A stretch of DNA of 32,123 bases from a virus (Duplodnaviria; Caudoviricetes), in IMG/VR virus record IMGVR_UViG_3300021560_000048, positions 1-32,123 of that record; one strand, 5' to 3'. How positions within the stretch are numbered: the first letter of the stretch is position 1; every line of letters begins with the position of its first letter. Below are positions 17,505 to 25,503 of this stretch, piece by piece. The position numbers and the translations under genes were made by a program. The notes below the pieces were generated by a model. That model worked only from the letters and a program-made list of their open reading frames with translations. It was not told the DNA's origin and ran no database searches.

Positions 17505-18527
17505 TTAAGTTGGGCTGTATGCGCTCAGCGTCTGATTTACAATGCCGTTCCAAGTCGAGAGGCAGACCGCATTGTAGAATGTCTTCCACGCATACGTGTA
17601 GAACTGATTAAACGGGTTAGCCGAATCCGGTTCCGTGATCGTGTTCACCTTCGGTTTAGGCGGGTTCTCACCTTCCAAGTCCGGTACCGCAAAGGCGTCT
17701 TTGCCGAAGATCAAGGAAGCAATCACCATCGTCGCCCCGCTCGCTCCAGGCACGTTCACGCCTTCAGTTGTCGTCTGGTAACAGGCATTCGTTGTCCGCA
17801 AAACTTTGACTCCGAACAAACGCCCGATCTCGCCGCGCCAGATCTGATCCGGTTTCTGGAACGCACTAGCATAAGTCCACGCGCTCCCTTGTTCCTCGAT
17901 CAAATCGCGCTCCTGTTCCGGACTCACGACAGCGATAAAACAGTTGTCATCGTATTCCTTGGCCTTGTTGATCCGCAACTCAGTGCAGGAATCAATCAAA
18001 TCGTCACTGGAAAAACGCCCTTGTTGCTGAGTCAGCGCCTGCAGTGTCGCATACGTGGTTGCCGTGCCGGCGTAACGCTTCTGGAACTTGGTCGGTTCTT
18101 CCGTAGTCCCGTTGATGCATGCGTCTCTTATAAGACCGTCGCACCAAAGAGCTGCTTCTTCCCCGAATTTCTCCATCAGAGCTTCGCCGGTATTCAGGAA
18201 TTCTGTCTCGTCGACTATATCGCTCACCTGTGCATACCCACCGTACTGTTGAAGGGTGCGCGTGATAAACTCGAACACCAGCTTGTACGGTGCGTTGGAT
18301 GGAGGCGTTCCCTCTGTCAAAGTTATAACGTTGGCGACGTCCGCAGGCGGGCTGCGGAACATCCGGATCGTTTTACTGCCCTGGCCCTTCGGAATAGAGG
18401 CCTTGTAAGCAGGTTCATAGAGCTGCAGGGTGTGGATCTGGTGCTCTAGAAGTTTGTTCGAAAAATAGATTCGATACTCGGAGGCTTTGTCAGTCGTGGT
18501 GACAGCCCCGTAAACAGGAGGAGGCAT
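17505..18527 (-). CDS. Major capsid protein (N4-gp56-like, HK97 fold)
   Basis: 340 aa. IPKGQGSKTI.MFR, LTEGTPP, LQQYG.Y..VSD, GEIGRLFGV, FGKDAF and NPFNQ....WK motifs; follows the scaffold. Confidence 0.9.
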   Translation of the reverse strand: MPPPVYGAVTTTDKASEYRIYFSNKLLEHQIHTLQLYEPAYKASIPKGQGSKTIRMFRSPPADVANVITLTEGTPPSNAPYKLVFEFITRTLQQYGGYAQVSDIVDETEFLNTGEALMEKFGEEAALWCDGLIRDACINGTTEEPTKFQKRYAGTATTYATLQALTQQQGRFSSDDLIDSCTELRINKAKEYDDNCFIAVVSPEQERDLIEEQGSAWTYASAFQKPDQIWRGEIGRLFGVKVLRTTNACYQTTTEGVNVPGASGATMVIASLIFGKDAFAVPDLEGENPPKPKVNTITEPDSANPFNQFYTYAWKTFYNAVCLSTWNGIVNQTLSAYSPT

Positions 18528-18542
18528 ATAATTGTTCTAATT

Positions 18543-19433
18543 CTAAAACCATGGCACCCCATGTTTGTCCGCATTCGAAAGCAAATGCTTGCGCATGTCT
18601 TTAGTCGAAAGCCGTTCGAAATCTCCTAGACTCTCAACCCGTGATCCACTGCCCACCCGGGCAGGTGATCCCGCACCGATACCGGTCAAACCCTGGTAGC
18701 GCTTCAGTTCATTTTGTAATCGCGAGTTTTCCGTCTGCGAGACTTTCAAGTCCGCTTCCAGTAACTCCATTTTCGCTCTGTGATATGCCGCAATGATCCC
18801 TCTGGGGTGCTGACGATAGATGTTCCCGTCCTCGCCGCCCATGATCTCGCGCAGACGCGTGTCCAGCCGTGTCCCAGCACGCATAAACTCAGGGTCAGCC
18901 TGGTAAAGCTCGCGTTCCGCGGCTTCCCACTGGCTCCTGTGTTCAGGTGTTCCGGCTGGCGGCATTTCTACCGTGCGCGCTTTGCGCTCGGCTTCTGCCT
19001 CTGAATTCATTACCGCGATCTCTTTGTCGGCCGCCTCGACAAGGTCGTACTTGCCTTCGCGCTCCCATTCGCCGCGGTATTTCTTCAGCTCAGCCAGACT
19101 GTAATCACGTTTGGGCTTTTTGGCTTCCTCAGCCGCTTTCTGGGCTTGCTGCCGCTCCTTGGTAAACGCTTCGCGCTCACGCTGGAATGCTTCGCGCTCA
19201 GCCTTGAAAGCCGCCCGCTCACGCTTAGTCCGCTCGTACCGGCTCAGTTCCTTGGGCTTTTGACCTTCGGGACGCACCGCTTTATGTCCATTGCTCTCAG
19301 AATCACCGGCCGCAGAACTCTCCGTGCCGTTGCTCTCACCAAGCTTGTGATGGTAGACGTCGCTCCCACCGCTATTACTCGGTTCTTGAACCTGACTCGG
19401 TGCTTCCGCTACTGCTGCCGCTTCCTCTGGCAT
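18543..19433 (-). CDS. Capsid scaffolding protein
   Basis: 296 aa with acidic disordered N-terminus and charged coiled coils; directly upstream of the capsid gene. Confidence 0.75.
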   Translation of the reverse strand: MPEEAAAVAEAPSQVQEPSNSGGSDVYHHKLGESNGTESSAAGDSESNGHKAVRPEGQKPKELSRYERTKRERAAFKAEREAFQREREAFTKERQQAQKAAEEAKKPKRDYSLAELKKYRGEWEREGKYDLVEAADKEIAVMNSEAEAERKARTVEMPPAGTPEHRSQWEAAERELYQADPEFMRAGTRLDTRLREIMGGEDGNIYRQHPRGIIAAYHRAKMELLEADLKVSQTENSRLQNELKRYQGLTGIGAGSPARVGSGSRVESLGDFERLSTKDMRKHLLSNADKHGVPWF

Positions 19434-19443
19434 ATCATTTTTC

Positions 19444-19824
19444 CTAGCCGATTGCCCCCCGGCCGCCTATCGGACGCCAAGCATCGGCTTTTTGTTGCGT
19501 GGCCTTTAGATCCGGGGGTTCGCTGTCTACCAGCTCGCTAAAACTGCTCTCCTCCTGTTGTTCGGGAAAACACCGCAGCTTATGTAGAACAGCCAATACA
19601 TCTTGCGCCCCTCTAGCCTTGGCGTTCGCGCTCACCGAATTCTGGTAAACGGCATTAAACGTCATATTGGCTATCAATTGACGCAAAAACTCGAAAAGCT
19701 TTATACCACAGGATGTGCGACAAAACGAATCAAACGCACTGCGCTCTTCTGCCGTCCAGTCGATCGCCCGAATGATCGGACGACTCAGAACCACGCGCAT
19801 GTACCAGCGTAAGATCGATTTCAC
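19444..19824 (-). CDS. Hypothetical protein between portal and scaffold
   Basis: Start uncertain (GTG 19824 or ATG 19890); helical protein in a conserved podovirus gene slot. Confidence 0.6.
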   Translation of the reverse strand: MKSILRWYMRVVLSRPIIRAIDWTAEERSAFDSFCRTSCGIKLFEFLRQLIANMTFNAVYQNSVSANAKARGAQDVLAVLHKLRCFPEQQEESSFSELVDSEPPDLKATQQKADAWRPIGGRGAIG

Positions 19825-19943
19825 ACCTAAAATGGCGTCGAGGGGAGGGTTACCCCTCCCAGGAGCCCGTTCACGCGCGTTACCCAGCATGGTTCGATAA
19901 CAGCGCAGATACGCTCTCTTATCTCGACATTAAAAAAAGGTTT

Positions 19944-21983
19944 TCATCCCATCGGTAAGTTCCCGTTGCCGCCGGGTACTTGCGGCACGTTCGGTTGGCC
20001 TGCCATCGGTCCACCAGGTGCCGGCGCTTGCGGCGGCGCCGCCGGAACCGGCGCATTCGGCATCATCCCACCGCCCCCAGGCGAAGGAGGACCGCCCATC
20101 CCAGGCGGCACACCACCGCGTAAATTCGCTAGCCCCATCTGTGCCTGCGCACTCGCCGCCTGCTGTTTCTGCAGCCCTTTCATCGTGTCCTGCATTTTCT
20201 GGATAAAAGGCTGGATTTCAGCCGCGTGCGCCTTCCAGTATTGCGGGTCGCTCCTAGCCGCCCCAATGTGCATCCCCATATGCTTCATGAGCAACGCCAT
20301 CTGCGGCGGCGCAATCGGCGTACCCTGCTGCCCCTTGTACCCGATAAACCCGTCAATCATCTGCAGATGCACCAGATGGTCGTCATCAGGTTTCACCTGC
20401 GGTTCAAACCCATCTATTATAATAGAGTTCTCAAGCGCCTGTTTCTCCTGCTGATCACTGGTCACCTGTGGCGGTTCCTCGTACAAATCGCTCACCCATT
20501 GCGCGTCCATGAGTTCAACGATCTTGCGATCGATCTCCGGAGTGATGATCCACGGTGAACCAGCGCTTAACTGCCGAAGCTGCATCAGTTTCTGGATCTC
20601 GCGTTCCCTCGAATACCCATCCACACTCCCATTCGGCCGCAGCACGTACTTATTGTCAAAAGCCGCATCAGGTAAGCTGATCCGCTGTTTGCGCCAGAAA
20701 TAATCCAGGCTCGCGCGGTCATATTGTCGCAAAAGACTCCAACTCTGTTCGAAAACTCTGCTCATCGCGCTTTTCAATATCCGCGCCCTGAGGTCGTTAG
20801 TCTGCTGCATCACGTTGGTGATGACATTGGTCTCAGTCGCCGTTTTGTTCCCGGTCGGCTGGTTGGGTCCGGCAACACCAAAGTCAGGGATCCCCACCCG
20901 CTGTTCTGCCATCGAACGGTTCGAGGTGATTTCCTCATCGAAACTGACCGGCGGACTCGGTTGTTGTACCAGTTGCAGTACTGAGTCATAAACCGCACCA
21001 GGCTCCCAACGGATGTTCTGCGCGTTAATCGATCCCCCCTGCGAACTAAGGACCGGCCGATTGGCGATCGACATGAAATCCAACTTTTCATTCCAGGTTT
21101 TACAAGCGCTGGCCTCATACATCTGGGTCAGTTCACAGATCCCGCGACTGCTGTAATAACCGCCATCGGTCAGCTCGTAAGGCAGCATCGTCAAGGGCAC
21201 CTGCTTGTGGTCATAAGGCAACTTGAAATCGGTCCGAGCAGGTTCATCGGGCTGCAACGGGCTGAACGTCTTGACCAGTATCTGACCGTCAGTCTGGCGC
21301 AGGTACACTTCCCACAAGATGATCAGGTCTTTCAGACGCACATAAGAAAGGCCTTCGGCGGTGTAACGGTAATGCTCATATTTGTCGTCGGGGCGCCCCT
21401 CGCCTTTGATGCTCTCTATGTAAGACTCATCTGTGTTGAAACCCTTGGCCTCGGCGTCCCGCAGATACTCAGCTTCCGAATACTGCATGACATGCACCAC
21501 GCGCTCGCTCCGGTTGTAGTCGAAGGTCGCGTACGGCGGCACAATCACGTAATAAGGATGGATGCTCGCGTATGCGATCCGCTCGGCTTGAGCGTCCCAA
21601 TACGTCTTGACCACGCCCATCCCGTTCTGCAAACAACTGTCAACCGCGCAAATGATCTGGTCGCTGAAATTGGACGTCTCGCGCACCTTGTAATCGAACC
21701 ATTGCGCGCAAGCGTCGGTGTAAGAATCGCCCTGATCATCCAAGCTGTAGAAACTGGCCAAGAGTTCCGGCCCGAAGATCCAAACGATGTAATAAGCCTT
21801 GAGCTTGTTAATGATCGTGTCGGCAATCGGCACGTGCATGTTGGCAGCTCCGGGCCACGGTCGGTTGACCCGGCCCATGCCAAGATTGCGCATCTTCTGC
21901 CAAATTATGAGACGATTTTCATATTTCAACCTATCGCGAAGGTCGTTATTTATATCGCCATATAATTCATGATTGTCAGGCAT
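19944..21983 (-). CDS. Portal protein
   Basis: 679 aa. PWPGAAN..VP..D, G.GVVK.YWD, YSSRGI.E, TATE motif, DDHLVHL; Pro/Gly/Met-rich tail; lies between terminase and scaffold. Confidence 0.9.
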   Translation of the reverse strand: MPDNHELYGDINNDLRDRLKYENRLIIWQKMRNLGMGRVNRPWPGAANMHVPIADTIINKLKAYYIVWIFGPELLASFYSLDDQGDSYTDACAQWFDYKVRETSNFSDQIICAVDSCLQNGMGVVKTYWDAQAERIAYASIHPYYVIVPPYATFDYNRSERVVHVMQYSEAEYLRDAEAKGFNTDESYIESIKGEGRPDDKYEHYRYTAEGLSYVRLKDLIILWEVYLRQTDGQILVKTFSPLQPDEPARTDFKLPYDHKQVPLTMLPYELTDGGYYSSRGICELTQMYEASACKTWNEKLDFMSIANRPVLSSQGGSINAQNIRWEPGAVYDSVLQLVQQPSPPVSFDEEITSNRSMAEQRVGIPDFGVAGPNQPTGNKTATETNVITNVMQQTNDLRARILKSAMSRVFEQSWSLLRQYDRASLDYFWRKQRISLPDAAFDNKYVLRPNGSVDGYSREREIQKLMQLRQLSAGSPWIITPEIDRKIVELMDAQWVSDLYEEPPQVTSDQQEKQALENSIIIDGFEPQVKPDDDHLVHLQMIDGFIGYKGQQGTPIAPPQMALLMKHMGMHIGAARSDPQYWKAHAAEIQPFIQKMQDTMKGLQKQQAASAQAQMGLANLRGGVPPGMGGPPSPGGGGMMPNAPVPAAPPQAPAPGGPMAGQPNVPQVPGGNGNLPMG

Positions 21984-21989
21984 AATGCA

Positions 21990-22121
21990 TTATATGGCTG
22001 AGAGTTTGAAGCTGTCGATATACTTCCAACAACCTGAATCCTCGATAACGAAACGCTCGACAAACCGCGCCAGAACGTCTGGGCGTTTCCATGTTCCACT
22101 TCTTCCAGGTTTTCCACTCAT
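21990..22121 (-). pseudogene. Truncated HNH endonuclease N-terminus (43 aa)
   Basis: MSGKPGRSGTWKRPDVLARFVERFVIEDSGCWKYI resembles the RF..K....CW.W start of HNH_3 enzymes (compare 13284..13646), then stops before the catalytic core. Confidence 0.6.
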
Positions 22122-22306
22122 CGCGGCCACGCACCTCCCATATGCGCCAACGGCAAAAACAGGTAGATCAAACTTAAAACGATGATCACCACGCACACCA
22201 CCAACACAATCCGCATGATCTGAGCCGGAGCGAACATCGAGAGCACCCAGTACAGCAAACAAACGATGATAACCAGAACCAGCCAGTATATCAGCGCACT
22301 GATCAT
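22118..22306 (-). CDS. Small two-TM membrane protein (holin candidate)
   Basis: 62 aa with two long hydrophobic helices separated by APAQIMR; ATGA overlaps on both sides. Confidence 0.75.
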   Translation of the reverse strand: MISALIYWLVLVIIVCLLYWVLSMFAPAQIMRIVLVVCVVIIVLSLIYLFLPLAHMGGAWPR

Positions 22307-22581
22307 CCGCTCACCGCGTCACCGCCCCGAATCACCATGTAATTGTTGCCGCGTAACGTGGTGGCCGTTATTCGGCACATGTAACCGTTATTCGGCAACT
22401 CATGATAAGGCGTTAAAGTAAGCGTACCGCCCCATGCCCCAGGTGCCGTCGCACCACTGGTAATCGTTAAGGGCGTCGCCGCACTGATTCCAGCTGTGCT
22501 CGCCAGCGTCAGGTTCACCCAACCGTATTGACCGGTGTTAAACGCCGGGGCAAAAGTCCGAATCGTCGTTGCGATAGCCAT
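22303..22581 (-). CDS. Hypothetical Thr/Gly-rich beta protein
   Basis: 92 aa ORF, coupled to its neighbours. Confidence 0.7.
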   Translation of the reverse strand: MAIATTIRTFAPAFNTGQYGWVNLTLASTAGISAATPLTITSGATAPGAWGGTLTLTPYHELPNNGYMCRITATTLRGNNYMVIRGGDAVSG

Positions 22582-22582
22582 C

Positions 22583-22759
22583 CTAAGGACCCTCCTTCTC
22601 GGTCACAGGCGGTGTCAGAGGCGGTTGCTGTGACGCAATCAGCCACAGCAGTTCATTGATCTTGTAAAGCGAATCCGGCATCCCGTCGCGCCGATCCGCG
22701 CGCAGCATGTCGCTCAAAACCGGCGGCTCCAAATTCTCTTGTGGCGTTACGAAGTTCAT
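22583..22759 (-). CDS. Hypothetical protein (58 aa)
   Basis: Hand-translated MNFVTPQENLEPPVLSDMLRADRRDGMPDSLYKINELLWLIA...; ATGA overlap upstream, 1 nt gap downstream. Confidence 0.7.
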   Translation of the reverse strand: MNFVTPQENLEPPVLSDMLRADRRDGMPDSLYKINELLWLIASQQPPLTPPVTEKEGP

Positions 22760-23055
22760 GGGTAAGGCGAAGTTGACATTGTCACAATGGTTGAAGCCGT
22801 ATCAGCCATGAACGTAAAAGGCTGATTCCGATAAACATGATTGCGTAACAGAGTTTCACCGGTCTTAAGACCGTAACACGCCGTGCCCGCTACACTCGCC
22901 GTCGTCGCCGGATCGAAACTAATCCAGATCACGCCCGGTCCATTGTTCTTAATTAAAACCTGGTTCTCCGTGTCACCGCTCAAGGAGATCGTGTTTAAAT
23001 CGCTTAAGGCGGCCGTCACCGTCAGATGCACCCGGCAAGTAAGGTTCTGTGGCAT
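22756..23055 (-). CDS. Hypothetical beta-rich protein, possible capsid decoration
   Basis: 99 aa; VLIKNNGPGVIWISF pattern seen in small jelly-roll-like virion proteins (inference). Confidence 0.6.
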   Translation of the reverse strand: MPQNLTCRVHLTVTAALSDLNTISLSGDTENQVLIKNNGPGVIWISFDPATTASVAGTACYGLKTGETLLRNHVYRNQPFTFMADTASTIVTMSTSPYP

Positions 23056-23062
23056 AAGGCTC

Positions 23063-23488
23063 CTAGATCGGCGTGGCCATGACCGAGATGTATCCGCCCG
23101 TGATTAAAACCTTGTCCCCAGGCGCTGAGACAAAAGTTTTGACAATGTGTCCAGCATCCAGAATCCCCTGATAAGCGCTGTTGCCCTCGCCCGTGACAAA
23201 GATCGATTGCCCACGTTCCAGAATCGTCCCAGCCTTGTCCACGTGAACCCCAAGTGTGCGCTCGATCGCCACCTCGTGCTCGCACTCCGCGTGCACATCC
23301 ACGTTGACCACCGCCCGATGCGCCAGACTCATGCCGCTCGGCGCCTCGCTAAACAACGACGCGTTCCCAAAGCTTTCCGCTCCGCTAATATCCAGTACAT
23401 GCGATGCGCCGTCACCTGCCTGCTCCTGAACCGGAAAATAAGCGTACCAAATGCCAGTCGCTGATACCAATGGACTCGTGGTGCTCAT
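23063..23488 (-). CDS. Hypothetical beta-rich protein (141 aa)
   Basis: Start ATG 23488, 4 nt after the upstream stop. Confidence 0.7.
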   Translation of the reverse strand: MSTTSPLVSATGIWYAYFPVQEQAGDGASHVLDISGAESFGNASLFSEAPSGMSLAHRAVVNVDVHAECEHEVAIERTLGVHVDKAGTILERGQSIFVTGEGNSAYQGILDAGHIVKTFVSAPGDKVLITGGYISVMATPI

Positions 23489-23492
23489 AAGC

Positions 23493-23726
23493 CTATTGCG
23501 CCAGTGATTGCGGCCAGACCGCGCGCGGCTGAAAAACAATGTAAATCAACGCCGGCGAATTCGGATTCGCCGTCGATGCGCACTGCGCCACAATCGAGTT
23601 GGGCGCCACGCCCCAAGCATACGTCGCCGCGCTCAAATCCCCACTGCGTGTCGCTAGTAACGTCGTGCAAAGCGCGTCAATCGTCGTACTGGCCGGTATC
23701 GCTGTTCCCGCTGCTGGTTGTGCCAT
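23493..23726 (-). CDS. Unknown-domain paralog 3 (77 aa)
   Basis: Start ATG 23726 (MAQPAAG...) after AGGAG; similar to the two upstream genes. Confidence 0.8.
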   Translation of the reverse strand: MAQPAAGTAIPASTTIDALCTTLLATRSGDLSAATYAWGVAPNSIVAQCASTANPNSPALIYIVFQPRAVWPQSLAQ

Positions 23727-23736
23727 AAAGAGTCTC

Positions 23737-24141
23737 CTATTGCTTGATACTGGATGGCGATTGCGGCCGCGCTTCAAATCGGCAAAACATCGCGCTGCCT
23801 AGCTGTGCGGAGGGCGTTGTGCCTGCAGCAAATGTTGCGACAATACTATTCGGCGTAGCCCAAGTGTACGTTGCCGCACCCAGATCGCCGCTCCTGGTCG
23901 CGAACAACGAAGTAAAAAGAGCGTCTATAGTCGTGCTGCCGGCGACCGCGCCCCCAACCGTGATCGCCAACTGTTCGGGTCCAGAGGGCGCACCCGCCAA
24001 GTCCGCCCATACCGAACCAGTCCACTGCCACCCCTCCCCCGTGTCGTCGGTAATGTAAACGTCGCCTTCTTGCTGATTTTGGACTGAATCCAAATCAGTC
24101 TGCGTTGCGACATGCCCGGTAGGATTCTGTGCGTCTGCCAT
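23737..24141 (-). CDS. Unknown-domain paralog 2 with N-terminal fibre-type GD.Y...W.W.G..W module (134 aa)
   Basis: Start ATG 24141 (MADAQNP...) after AGAGG; the track extension overlaps the upstream gene. Confidence 0.8.
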   Translation of the reverse strand: MADAQNPTGHVATQTDLDSVQNQQEGDVYITDDTGEGWQWTGSVWADLAGAPSGPEQLAITVGGAVAGSTTIDALFTSLFATRSGDLGAATYTWATPNSIVATFAAGTTPSAQLGSAMFCRFEARPQSPSSIKQ

Positions 24142-24157
24142 AGAAGCTGCCTCTTTT

Positions 24158-24457
24158 TTAACTAATGGTTGCTGGGTAAAAAGCTCTCGATTCAAAATTG
24201 ATGTACATCGCGCTCGAGCTCGCGTTCTGGGTCGTCGCTGCGGTGAAATTAGCGATGATCTGGTTGGGACCGCTCCACTGAAAAACCGGTGTGCCGTGCT
24301 GCGCACTCTGATTCGGAAAACAAGTACTGAATAAGGTCGCCAGCGTAGTCGTGCCAGGAATGCCTGTGCCAGAAGATGGTTTAACGTGAGGCGTTATTTC
24401 ATCGCTAGTCTGTGGCGCAACTTCCTGCTCGACTTGAGGATCCAGTTCGTCGCTCAT
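24158..24457 (-). CDS. Unknown-domain paralog 1 with acidic leader (99 aa)
   Basis: Shares the G.TT+..LF...S....W..PN.I+A.F.....AM+..FE.R...P pattern with the next two genes. Confidence 0.8.
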   Translation of the reverse strand: MSDELDPQVEQEVAPQTSDEITPHVKPSSGTGIPGTTTLATLFSTCFPNQSAQHGTPVFQWSGPNQIIANFTAATTQNASSSAMYINFESRAFYPATIS

Positions 24458-24488
24458 GATTTTTCTCGCACGGAGTGTTTGTGAGTAA

Positions 24489-24518
24489 TAATGTCAAGAA
24501 GTTTCTTGCATTGCAAGA
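24489..24518. promoter_or_regulatory. Divergent promoter region with operator-like palindrome
   Basis: AT-rich gap between divergent genes; TTGACA on the minus strand (24492-24497); TCTTGCA-T-TGCAAGA inverted repeat (24504-24518). No well-spaced -10 box found. Confidence 0.5.
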
Positions 24519-24529
24519 CCTATCAATCA

Positions 24530-24673
24530 ATGAACGCCGGAGAACTGGCCTACAAAGCCTGGTGCGAATGCCTCGATCACCTCACGCACCCGGATTGGAC
24601 CGACCTGACCGCTGACGAGAAAGTAGCCTGGCAGTACGTATTCGAAAGTGTTAAAAGGGCTCTCGATAAATGA
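24530..24673 (+). CDS. Hypothetical protein (47 aa)
   Basis: MNAGELAYKAWCE...PDWTDLTADEKVAW; the G..AY.A.....W..L....+.AW pattern looks like a real small phage protein; overlaps the start of the next plus-strand ORF. Confidence 0.65.
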   Translation: MNAGELAYKAWCECLDHLTHPDWTDLTADEKVAWQYVFESVKRALDK

Positions 24674-24930
24674 GTCACTGGACTAAATGCAGCGTGGCCA
24701 CTTGCATCCGGCCCTCACGTTACCGCGGACTGTGCGACGCGCACTGGAGCCGACTCAAAACAGGCGGCAAACTGCAGGAAGACGTTCCGATCGGTCCTCC
24801 TCCCGCAAAGAACCGCTCTAGAGCCCGAACAAAGCAGGCCCGAACCCCTGGCGGTAATTCGGACCTGCGACATTGTGCCCCACAGCATTCTGTCTGGCAC
24901 GTGTTCCACGTGGAACTTTTCCGGTACTGA
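24670..24930 (+). CDS. Cys/His zinc-binding-motif protein, possibly a degenerate endonuclease N-terminus
   Basis: CSVATCIRPSRYRGLCDAHWSR = CX4C...RGLCX2H motif, often N-terminal to phage HNH/EndoVII nucleases; no nuclease core follows. Confidence 0.6.
   Translation: MSHWTKCSVATCIRPSRYRGLCDAHWSRLKTGGKLQEDVPIGPPPAKNRSRARTKQARTPGGNSDLRHCAPQHSVWHVFHVELFRY
24902..24917. promoter_or_regulatory. parS: parS-like centromere site TGTTCCACGTGGAACT
   Basis: Perfect 14 bp palindrome GTTCCACGTGGAAC (24903-24916); 15/16 identical to the chromosomal parS variant TGTTCCACGTGGAACA. Confidence 0.75.
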
Positions 24931-25503
24931 GTGCTAACCCAAAGAATGCCACTGAGCCGCCATCGCTGCCGCTATACCGGCAAAAGTCCTGCTGCGATCC
25001 TTTGATCGGCGCTTGCTTGGCGCCATGCGATGAACTCTGGCCAGCCGGCCGGAAACAATGTCTGTTGGTACAAGTGGAGGCAGATTCTTAAGCCATAAGC
25101 AGGTTGCCTTGGTCTCACCATGCCCAAACTGCCACGGCTGAATTATCTGGTCTGGCCGGCAAATAAACGTGCTCAAGACTCCCACTGGGTTTTCAATAGC
25201 AATGCGTTTAATTGGACACCACCACAGCCCAAGAAAGAAATCAGCCGCCTTTTTCTGCATATCCCTGCGCTCAGCAAACCATCTGGCCCCACTCGAAGCA
25301 AGATAAGTGCAGGGTGGATGCGCTATCAGTAGGTCCCAGCTATCGTCGATGACATCCATAACGTCGCCCTTTATATGGGGACCGATTCGCTCGGTATCCT
25401 CCAAGTCGCATGAAACTGCATATGCCCCGACAGCGCTGAAAGCATCGCGAACAATGCCACTGAATTCGCATGCCACGAGTACTTTCATTGGTGCTCAGTA
25501 CCG
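24922..25503. mobile_element. Methyltransferase gene cassette bounded by 10 bp inverted repeats and a 5 bp direct repeat
   Basis: CGGTACTGAG (24922-24931) / CTCAGTACCG (25494-25503); GTGCT at 24931-24935 and 25491-25495. Mobility itself is inferred. Confidence 0.5.
24934..25488 (-). CDS. Phage DNA cytosine-5 methyltransferase-like protein
   Basis: VLVACEFSG (motif I variant), DLLIAHPPCT (catalytic PC), IAIENP, K.TCLW, RSRTF.GIA.AMA.QW. Confidence 0.85.
   Translation of the reverse strand: MKVLVACEFSGIVRDAFSAVGAYAVSCDLEDTERIGPHIKGDVMDVIDDSWDLLIAHPPCTYLASSGARWFAERRDMQKKAADFFLGLWWCPIKRIAIENPVGVLSTFICRPDQIIQPWQFGHGETKATCLWLKNLPPLVPTDIVSGRLARVHRMAPSKRRSKDRSRTFAGIAAAMAAQWHSLG

Noticed and set aside
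17103-18449. 448 aa plus-strand ORF, and similar antisense ORFs such as 21207..21965 and 16310..16855
   Set aside because: Antisense shadows of well-supported minus-strand genes in GC-rich DNA, with no recognisable motifs.
23493-24457. Possible DGR template/variable repeat pair
   Set aside because: Differences between copies are not adenine-specific, all copies are coding, and no reverse transcriptase is in the window.
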